Source of the DNA: a virus
IMG/VR virus record: IMGVR_UViG_3300028549_000214
Direction: 5' to 3' (one strand)
Length of the DNA stretch: 46,899 nucleotides
Shown here: piece by piece, positions 14,629 to 21,512 of the stretch
How positions within the stretch are numbered: the first letter of the stretch is position 1
How the letters are laid out: the number at the start of each line of letters is the position of its first letter
Program-made: the position numbers and the translations under genes
Notes under the pieces: generated by a model
The model's input: the letters and a program-made list of their open reading frames with translations, nothing else
Database searches by the model: none
Told to the model about the DNA's origin: nothing

Positions 14629-15306
14629 TTATTCTCCTTTGGTTGGTTGGTTCATGATTTTATCATAAACGGTTCTTAGATTTGGTTGTTCAACAAAATC
14701 TAAAGCACCGCTTCGATCCTTTGCGTCATATTGTGCATCGCGCTGCGTTTGCATTGCGCTTTGCAAATTGCCTTCTGCATCCTTCCAAGAATGTAAAGCA
14801 AAGACAAGATCAAAGAAGTATGGTAAGGCCGTTGCAATGGTTTGACCAGGTGCGGACGGCCCAAAAAACATGCCTCCTGTTACTTCGTCTTTGATTTTAG
14901 ATTGCTTTGCCGACATATAGACATTTTTTGGCAAGTCGCGGAATGAACGAATAAGCTTTGTCATGATTTCATTCATTTCACCGTAAGCCTTGCGTGGGTC
15001 TTTTGTGTTTCCTTTTTCAGTTGAAAGCACAACCTCTGCAATTTCGCTGATACTGTCAAGGCATACCCATTCATACTTTGTATCGGCTTGTAGAAACTCA
15101 TAAGCCTCGCGTAAATCATCCATTGATTTAACTTCGATCACATCAATGTTACTGCCACGCAAGGAAAGCAAGCCAGCCTCGGCACTAATGATGATTGTTG
15201 ATCCGCCAGTCGTGCCACAAAGGCGCGTTTTACCGCTACCCGCTGGCCCGTGAACAAGCACTTTTAGAAACTGCGCTTGCATGTTTTGTGTATTAGTTAT
15301 TTGCAT
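14629..15306 (-). CDS. Sak4-like AAA_24 ATPase (RecA-fold recombination protein)
   Basis: Walker A VHGPAGSGKT, Walker B WVCLDSISE, 225 aa, in the typical position upstream of DUF669. Confidence 0.75.
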   Translation of the reverse strand: MQITNTQNMQAQFLKVLVHGPAGSGKTRLCGTTGGSTIIISAEAGLLSLRGSNIDVIEVKSMDDLREAYEFLQADTKYEWVCLDSISEIAEVVLSTEKGNTKDPRKAYGEMNEIMTKLIRSFRDLPKNVYMSAKQSKIKDEVTGGMFFGPSAPGQTIATALPYFFDLVFALHSWKDAEGNLQSAMQTQRDAQYDAKDRSGALDFVEQPNLRTVYDKIMNQPTKGE

Positions 15307-15321
15307 TTGTTTGATCCCTTC

Positions 15322-16071
15322 CTACCGTATGTTAAGTTTTGTTGTTTGACCAATCCTAACACCATCAAGCGATCTGACACCATCACGAATGGCTGCATTA
15401 ATGGCTTTTTGTATTTCTGGAATGGTGAAATATTTACGCAACTTGTTAAAATCAATCGCTGAAATATTTTCAATTTCACCTTCCCAAACTAGGCTTTGCG
15501 AAGCCGTTGCGCCGTTCTCAGACCGAGATTTAAAAAGCTGATTAGGTGTAGCCGTTGCAACTTTATCAATCATCCTATCGGCCATTATTTCACTGCTAAC
15601 GGCAGCGTCAAGCAACTCGTCAGCCGTATCATTGATACCTGCGTCCGCGTGGGCTTGTGCTTCTAAAGCCAAAGCCTCGGCGCGTTCGCGCTCGATCTTT
15701 GCGGCCTCAATCTGGCGGTCACGTTCTTCTTTTGCCTTAAGTTCAAGAAAGGCTGTTAGTGGCTTGATATAGGAATCATTGATTAATTCAATCTCGCGTT
15801 CCATTTTCTTTTTCCAAGCATCCACGGCGCGGCCACATTCTAGATGCGGGGCTTTGACTGACTTGTGAATATCTTCGACTTTGCCAATGAAGCGTTTAAT
15901 GCTTTTGATCGTTTCCGTTATTTTTCCTGCGTGTTGTTCGTCTTTTATTGTTTCAGGTGCATTTTCAAACTTCATATCTTTACGAAGCTCGGCTTCTTTT
16001 TCCGAAAGCCTTTCTTTCAATATTTCGATTTCGCTAGGTGGGTTGTTATGGCCCATTAATGATAGTGTCAT
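15322..16071 (-). CDS. Hypothetical coiled-coil protein of the recombination module
   Basis: 249 aa with an AGGAG SD, an N-terminal GHNNPP motif and a long charged helical centre. Confidence 0.6.
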   Translation of the reverse strand: MTLSLMGHNNPPSEIEILKERLSEKEAELRKDMKFENAPETIKDEQHAGKITETIKSIKRFIGKVEDIHKSVKAPHLECGRAVDAWKKKMEREIELINDSYIKPLTAFLELKAKEERDRQIEAAKIERERAEALALEAQAHADAGINDTADELLDAAVSSEIMADRMIDKVATATPNQLFKSRSENGATASQSLVWEGEIENISAIDFNKLRKYFTIPEIQKAINAAIRDGVRSLDGVRIGQTTKLNIR

Positions 16072-16177
16072 GTTCGTTACTCCTGTTTTGGTTTATAATG
16101 CATTTGTTTCAGCGTCTTTAATATAAAACTCCCAGTCCCCATTAACGTATGGCACAAAGCTAATTTCTATATCCATT

Positions 16178-16312
16178 TCACACCCCCACAAGCTCTAAAT
16201 ATAATTCATCAACACTCATGTTTTTTTCTTCTTCAGTTAAAGGGCAAGCAACATCAAGAAGTGCTGCATATTGTTCTGATGTCATGCTGTTTACGATTGT
16301 TTCGATATTCAT
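16178..16312 (-). CDS. Hypothetical 44-aa protein, below the ORF-track cutoff
   Basis: Hand translation: MNIETIVNSMTSEQYAALLDVACPLTEEEKNMSVDELYLELVGV. A strong AGGAGG SD lies 7 nt upstream. Confidence 0.45.
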   Translation of the reverse strand: MNIETIVNSMTSEQYAALLDVACPLTEEEKNMSVDELYLELVGV

Positions 16313-16351
16313 CTCATATCCTCCTGTGTTGATCCGTTTTCCTTGTCCCAA

Positions 16352-16380
16352 TTAGTAGTACACTTTTAAGCAAGCGTCAA
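16352..16380 (-). promoter_or_regulatory. Candidate internal promoter in the replication module
   Basis: On the minus strand: TTGACG (16380..16375), a 17-nt spacer, then TACTAA (16357..16352). Located in an 88-bp non-coding gap. Confidence 0.35.
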
Positions 16381-16404
16381 CACCTATTTTAAAGTTTTTT
16401 CAAA

Positions 16405-16581
16405 TTAAAATGGTGGGGCTAATAGAGCGATTTTGTTATGATAATTTTTACAGACACATTCACAGAATGTTAACCATTGCTCTTTTGATAGCTTTGTTAA
16501 ATCGAATATCCCGATGCTTTCGAGATATTCAGCCCCCATTGCGCCGCCGTATTCAACGGCTTCTAGCTCCCATGGTTCCAT
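16405..16581 (-). CDS. Hypothetical 58-aa protein, below the ORF-track cutoff
   Basis: Hand translation: MEPWELEAVEYGGAMGAEYLESIGIFDLTKLSKEQWLTFCECVCKNYHNKIALLAPPF. The start abuts the upstream stop. Confidence 0.5.
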   Translation of the reverse strand: MEPWELEAVEYGGAMGAEYLESIGIFDLTKLSKEQWLTFCECVCKNYHNKIALLAPPF

Positions 16582-16791
16582 TTATTTAGTCTCCTGTTTT
16601 AAACGATCAATTTCACGATTTAAATACCAAGCTGCTTTTTGTAAATCTTCAGTTTGATTTCCTTTTTCGCTAGCTCTCCAAATATACTTCATTGCATTGC
16701 CAAGATTAAAATTCATGTGTTCAGTTACCTGAATACATTCAACACCACTTGGATGCACAGTGTAGTGTTTAGGATGGTTTACATTTTCCAT
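16582..16791 (-). CDS. DUF3310 family protein
   Basis: NHPKHY..ECIQV.E...F.LGNAMKYIWRA..KG...EDLQKAAWYL matches the DUF3310 consensus. Confidence 0.7.
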   Translation of the reverse strand: MENVNHPKHYTVHPSGVECIQVTEHMNFNLGNAMKYIWRASEKGNQTEDLQKAAWYLNREIDRLKQETK

Positions 16792-16793
16792 TG

Positions 16794-16997
16794 TTAATTG
16801 CTCCTGAAAAAATGAACGTCAAGCTTTTCCGCAAACTCTTTAATCTTAGACCAATCACGATCCTCGATCCCGTGTCGCAATAGATATTCGTGTTCAACCC
16901 TTCCGGCACCTCGATTAGAAAGAGCCTCTAATAAGTCACATGTTTCAAAATCATCAAGATCAACTTCAACGGTAGTTTCTATATATTTTTTTGTCAT
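16794..16997 (-). CDS. Hypothetical protein
   Basis: 67-aa ORF. Its start overlaps the dnaN stop by 1 nt. Confidence 0.5.
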   Translation of the reverse strand: MTKKYIETTVEVDLDDFETCDLLEALSNRGAGRVEHEYLLRHGIEDRDWSKIKEFAEKLDVHFFRSN

Positions 16998-18088
16998 TAT
17001 TGAACCCTCATAGGCATGAGAACATAAAGCGCATTTTCTTCTTCAAAAACGGCTGGGGAATCAGGTGAACCAAGATGCATTTTCACATCCTTTCCTTTAA
17101 TCGCGCCAAGAGCATCTAAAAGATAACGAGCATTAAAACCAATATCCATTGGCTCACCATCAAATGTTGCCTCGATTACATCCTTGGAATTTGATCCACT
17201 TACGCTTGACGAAAGTGACACTTCATTTGATAATAAATCAAGTTTAATGGATCGTGTTTTTTCGTTTGAAATAGTTGCAACTCGATCAACAGCACTTACA
17301 AAACTAACAACATTAACTGTCAAAAGCTTATCATTATCTTTTGGAATAATTCGCATATAGTCTGGAAATGTTCCATCAATAAGTTTTGATTTAATGACAA
17401 TATTGCAGATCTTAAAGCTTATTTTACTTGAGCTAACAAAAATCGTAACATCTCCGCTTGTTTCATCCAAAATCTTTCGGACTTCTCCAATAGTCTTGCG
17501 CGGAATTATAACGCCTTTTTCTAATTCCATTCCATCTGGCTTTACAGCTTCAGCTATAGCCAAACGATGGCCATCCGTTGCTATGCACTTCATTGTGTCA
17601 CCACAAGAATGCAAATAAACGCCATTAAGATAATATCTTGCATCTTCAATAGACATTGCAAATCTCACACGATCAATCAAAGATGCAAAGTCATCCGCAT
17701 TTATTGAAAAGATGCAATCAGATTTGTTCACTGGCATTTGTGGAAAGTCGGAAACTGGAAGTGTTGAAAGCTTAAACTTTGAACGTCCTGAAGAAATAGA
17801 AACTTGTCCATTTTCTTCGGTTTGAATTGTCACATCATCATTGTTCATTTTTCGTACAATATCAAATAATGTCTGTGCTGGAAGTGTGACCGATCCGGTT
17901 TCAAAAACCTTAGAAACTACAATTTCGCTTACCTCTATCTCCATATCTGTTGCGACAAACATAACAGTTTCACTTGATGCATCAATCAATATATTTGATA
18001 AAACTGGAATGGTGTTTCTTTTTTCAACAACACCAGTCGTATGCTTTAAAACATTGATTAGATCGTTGCGTTCTATCGTAAGTTTCAT
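16997..18088 (-). CDS. dnaN: DNA polymerase III beta subunit (sliding clamp)
   Basis: 363 aa. MKLTIERNDLINVLKHTTGVVEKRNTIPVLSNILI..ATDMEIE, ATDGHRLA and a C-terminal LMPMRV follow the full-length DnaN pattern. Confidence 0.9.
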   Translation of the reverse strand: MKLTIERNDLINVLKHTTGVVEKRNTIPVLSNILIDASSETVMFVATDMEIEVSEIVVSKVFETGSVTLPAQTLFDIVRKMNNDDVTIQTEENGQVSISSGRSKFKLSTLPVSDFPQMPVNKSDCIFSINADDFASLIDRVRFAMSIEDARYYLNGVYLHSCGDTMKCIATDGHRLAIAEAVKPDGMELEKGVIIPRKTIGEVRKILDETSGDVTIFVSSSKISFKICNIVIKSKLIDGTFPDYMRIIPKDNDKLLTVNVVSFVSAVDRVATISNEKTRSIKLDLLSNEVSLSSSVSGSNSKDVIEATFDGEPMDIGFNARYLLDALGAIKGKDVKMHLGSPDSPAVFEEENALYVLMPMRVQ

Positions 18089-18117
18089 TTATTTTCCCCT
18101 GTTGTTTGTGTTTTTAT

Positions 18118-18126
18118 ATTGTACCA
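18118..18126 (-). promoter_or_regulatory. Possible extended -10 element upstream of dnaN
   Basis: TGgTACAAT on the minus strand. A TTGACA at 18155..18150 lies 26 nt away, too far for a canonical -35. Confidence 0.25.
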
Positions 18127-18192
18127 CAAAATAGTACATATTTCATGATTGTCAAGATGTTTTTAGAAGGAAGCGGAAATTAGACCGCCGTT

Positions 18193-18360
18193 TTAGGTTA
18201 AAACAACATAATGCTCTGTTACCTCTATTTTCGATCCGACAGAAATCTTTATAGTAACTTCTGATTGGCCTGAAATATCATTTTCAGTTCTATTTATTCC
18301 AAGAATATCATATATCTTTTTAACGTCTTCAACTGTTGGCTCTTTACATATAAAAATCAT
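18193..18360 (-). CDS. Hypothetical 55-aa protein, below the ORF-track cutoff
   Basis: Hand translation: MIFICKEPTVEDVKKIYDILGINRTENDISGQSEVTIKISVGSKIEVTEHYVVLT. AGGAG SD. Confidence 0.45.
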   Translation of the reverse strand: MIFICKEPTVEDVKKIYDILGINRTENDISGQSEVTIKISVGSKIEVTEHYVVLT

Positions 18361-18387
18361 TTTTTATTCTCCTGTTTTAGGTTGTTG

Positions 18388-20673
18388 TTAGTTTAATGCT
18401 ACATATTCTTTGGTTGGTCGTCCACGCTTTCCTGTTGTGTCGCTCATTCTGTCATCAATTAAATCAGCGGCCAAAAGCTCTTCTAAAAGCTCATCAAGAT
18501 ATTTTTTATTATGCTTTGAAAATGGTTGAGTTTTTATCATTTCAGATCTTTTAATCCATTCAGGTGACAATGCCCTCAATGCAAATAATACCTCTTTTTT
18601 ATTAGATTCATGATCAGAAGAACTAACTGAAACCTTCAAACATGAAATCATTTTATCCATACATGATTTTATGTATGCAATTCCCCATTTCATTTCATCA
18701 ATTGTTATATATTTTGCCATTGGGTCTTTTGCTAAAGCAAGTATCATAGCAACACGCATAGAAAACTCTGCGTAACGTCCGGCTACTTCCTGCATTCCAA
18801 ACTTTTCAAGTCCTCTCATGATGTTTTGACAATAAGACTGAAACTCTAATTGTATTTTTTTAGCATCATCCATGAAAATCATTTCAATAAAGCTTGGGCT
18901 TTCTGTAGCAATATGTGTTATTCCAGCCCTACTTTCTATTTTTTTAATCCATTCAATGATTGATTGTGGAACTGGTAAGGATTGCTTATGCATATAAAGC
19001 TGATAATCTTTGTCTGAAATTGATGTTATAAATCTACCAACAAAACCATCCTTTACGGCTGACATATCAATTGCATCAAAATATCTATCTGGTGTTGTCA
19101 TAACAAGCATAACTATTGAAGGATTTTCTATAACTCTATTTTCAAGTGCATCTGCTGCATCTTTTTTTAATGTCATGGTTGAATAAGTAGGTGGCCTCAT
19201 TGTCCCGTGTGGTCGTCCAACGGCCTCCATTAGCTTTGTGTTTGCTTCTTGTTGAATGCTGGATGAGCTATTCTTTCCAGCCTCCAGATAACGACCAAAC
19301 TCATCTATTACGGTTATATGTTTTGGCCTACGAAGCAAAGCGGAAAAAACAGCACCAGCCGATGTATATCCATCACCTGAAATAAGTCCGTTAAGTCCAG
19401 ATTCCTTTAGGATTGTTTCTATAACCGTTTTTGAGTGTTCTTTGCCAGTACAAGACCTAGCAACATTCAAAAAATATAGATTTGTTAGATTTTTATCTGT
19501 GCTTTTATATGATCTAGCTGTCACAATTGAACAAATAGCAAGAGACGTTTGAATTGAAAAGCTTTTATTGTCATTTCCGCTTGTAGCATTGTAATAGTCA
19601 TAAATCTCACCTAAAACACCCTCAGGACGATCAGTTGTAATATCTTCTTCTTTTTTTGTTTCATTTTTTTGATATGTTTCAACAAAATTATTAATCAATT
19701 GTTTTTTAACTGATGACATTCCTTCAAGACAATGTAAGTCATTAAAATCAGTTGGTTTTGTTGATAAGTCTTTGAATGTAGGAAAAACAACATCAACGCC
19801 CAATGCTGATGAAACCTGATTAGCTTTGTCTTTTCCGGCGTTGTTATCTCCAAATTGATCGTCATCCGAAGCTATAATGATTTTAGAGCTTTGATTGTCT
19901 TTTTTTGCAATAGAAGTTACCTCATACAAATTGCCAGCATTGAATGAGATATATACGGTTGCCCCTGTAGCCTCATGAACACTTGCGCCAGTTGCGTAGC
20001 CCTCAACCACAAAAACGCGATTCACGGTGCCTTGAATGACAAAATAACACCCCTTTACGCGCCCACCTGTCAAAAACCTTTTATCGCCATAGTCTGGTAT
20101 AAACTGAAGTGATGTTATTTTGTTATCAGTGACAACTGGGATAACCAAACTTCCTCGTGAAAATCTTACCCCCTCATATGCCTTAATCTTCTTTTTTTCG
20201 AGGTATCCGGTTTTTCCGGTCAACTCAGCCTTATTCCATATATCAAAAGCCTTTAATGCGGCCTCATCATTTATTAAAACTTGCTCTTGCTCATGCTTAA
20301 TTCTGGCTTTTTCAATGTGGTTATAATATTCAAGCCGTTCTTGTGTGTTCATTGTTGTTTGTGAACGACTGCACCATGTTTGCTTTTCTCCAGCCTTCCA
20401 TGATCCATATGACCCAACACCAATAACTTTATTATCAGTTGTTGGATATTCTTGGAATATATACCAAGCTGATTTTTTATGTTGTTTTTCGTTAGGACCT
20501 GAAACCCTAACAATCTTACCAAGCTCTATTTGTGATGTTATTTGATAACCAATGCTTGTTAACATTTCAGAAAAGGAAGATCTTGGATCGTCACAGTCAT
20601 CATTAAAGCGAGACATGGCGGCTTCTATATTAGCTTGAAATGGTCGTAAATCTACCAAGATACATTCCTCCAT
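18388..20673 (-). CDS. Bifunctional DNA primase (Toprim) / P-loop helicase-like replication protein
   Basis: The N-terminal half carries YLEKKKI..SLVIPV..LQFI..FVVEGYATGASV..IIASDDD, a Toprim with acidic DxD. The C-terminal half has a degenerate Walker A (ARSCTGKEHS) and a Walker B (ITVIDEFG). No SD precedes the ATG at 20673. Confidence 0.75.
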   Translation of the reverse strand: MEECILVDLRPFQANIEAAMSRFNDDCDDPRSSFSEMLTSIGYQITSQIELGKIVRVSGPNEKQHKKSAWYIFQEYPTTDNKVIGVGSYGSWKAGEKQTWCSRSQTTMNTQERLEYYNHIEKARIKHEQEQVLINDEAALKAFDIWNKAELTGKTGYLEKKKIKAYEGVRFSRGSLVIPVVTDNKITSLQFIPDYGDKRFLTGGRVKGCYFVIQGTVNRVFVVEGYATGASVHEATGATVYISFNAGNLYEVTSIAKKDNQSSKIIIASDDDQFGDNNAGKDKANQVSSALGVDVVFPTFKDLSTKPTDFNDLHCLEGMSSVKKQLINNFVETYQKNETKKEEDITTDRPEGVLGEIYDYYNATSGNDNKSFSIQTSLAICSIVTARSYKSTDKNLTNLYFLNVARSCTGKEHSKTVIETILKESGLNGLISGDGYTSAGAVFSALLRRPKHITVIDEFGRYLEAGKNSSSSIQQEANTKLMEAVGRPHGTMRPPTYSTMTLKKDAADALENRVIENPSIVMLVMTTPDRYFDAIDMSAVKDGFVGRFITSISDKDYQLYMHKQSLPVPQSIIEWIKKIESRAGITHIATESPSFIEMIFMDDAKKIQLEFQSYCQNIMRGLEKFGMQEVAGRYAEFSMRVAMILALAKDPMAKYITIDEMKWGIAYIKSCMDKMISCLKVSVSSSDHESNKKEVLFALRALSPEWIKRSEMIKTQPFSKHNKKYLDELLEELLAADLIDDRMSDTTGKRGRPTKEYVALN

Positions 20674-20684
20674 AAAGGTTAAAT

Positions 20685-20733
20685 GGCTGGCCTTGCGTTA
20701 TGGCACAAGCAAGGGTGGATCAGACCGCCAGCC
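20685..20733. other. GC-rich nested inverted repeat in the primase upstream region (structured RNA or DNA element)
   Basis: The outer arms GGCTGG (20685..20690) and CCAGCC (20728..20733) enclose the inner arms CCTTGC (20691..20696) and GCAAGG (20709..20714). The element ends about 12 nt before the primase ATG. Confidence 0.4.
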
Positions 20734-20851
20734 AATAGCTATCATTCGCCTACAGGAGAGGAAACGAAGACCACTGGTTCGCAATATACATATTTTTTCC
20801 GTAAAGAAAAGGGTTATGTTTGTAACGATTGCGTAATAGTTAATATGGTTT

Positions 20852-21052
20852 TTATTTAATCCTCCAAACACGAATTAAACCATCACCTTCTTTTTTTGTT
20901 GTAAACTTAAAACCTGTATAAGATCCATAAACTGAAAATTTAGTTTGATGTGTTTTATCACAAACAAAGCTGTCTCCAATTTCCATTCCACGCAAAAAAT
21001 CAAGCATTGATCCTGTACATTTATGTGGAACGTTTTTTTCTATATCAAACAT
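20852..21052 (-). CDS. Hypothetical protein, first gene of the leftward replication operon
   Basis: 66-aa ORF directly downstream of the candidate promoter. Confidence 0.55.
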   Translation of the reverse strand: MFDIEKNVPHKCTGSMLDFLRGMEIGDSFVCDKTHQTKFSVYGSYTGFKFTTKKEGDGLIRVWRIK

Positions 21053-21083
21053 ATTAACTTACTTTCGTTTGTTGTGTTTTATG

Positions 21084-21112
21084 TTTATAAAATATTTTTA
21101 CATAAATGTAAA
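21084..21112 (-). promoter_or_regulatory. Candidate leftward early promoter whose -35 lies inside a 16-bp palindrome
   Basis: On the minus strand: TTTACA (21112..21107), a 17-nt spacer, then TATAAA (21089..21084). The palindrome TTTACAT-AA-ATGTAAA occupies 21097..21112. Confidence 0.45.
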
Positions 21113-21224
21113 GACTTTATTTAATAACAACCACACACTTTGAATTGTTTTTATTTTAAAGTTGATTAAATAAAAAATCAAAGTCAACAAAATCAATTGA
21201 TTATCTATTTTTTATTTAATATAC

Positions 21225-21248
21225 ACTACTACTACTACTACTACTACT
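21225..21248. repeat. (ACT)8 trinucleotide microsatellite in the divergent control region
   Basis: Eight perfect ACT units, followed by TTTTTACAT and a G-rich block. Confidence 0.95.
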
Positions 21249-21512
21249 TTTTACATTTTTGAGGTATAGTAGATGGGTGTGTGGGGTGGTATGGGCCTAT
21301 TTCAAAATAAAAATAAAAAATACAAAAAAATAGCGATTTATATACTAATATCAATGGTTTAATTTTAATTCGAATTATTGAAAAAGGATAAAACGGTAAT
21401 TCAGTAATTCGTTAACCAATTAACTATTATGAAACTAATTAACATATTACTTTCACACTTGCTTTGTTGGTTTAAAAAGTGTTAAGTTAATGTTAGTTAA
21501 TTTGGAGGTAAA

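Noticed and set aside
20674-20851. Possible tRNA or tRNA fragment (GGTTCG at 20776..20781, 7-bp stem at 20685..20733)
   Set aside because: The stems enclose only 35 nt and no cloverleaf can be drawn. There is no T-loop with a complementary stem and no anticodon arm. I found no convincing tRNA elsewhere in the window.
21275-21296. G-quadruplex in GGGTGTGTGGGGTGGTATGGG (and a G/T-rich tract at 27909..27945)
   Set aside because: There are only three runs of three or more G, so a canonical three-tetrad G4 is not supported. At most a weak two-tetrad structure could form.
21273-21362. Calling the 29-codon mini-ORF in the control region as a gene
   Set aside because: It has an SD-like GAGG and an ATG, but it is short, low-complexity (A-tract encoded Lys/Asn) and unsupported by any homology I can recognise. 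I kept it as an observation only.
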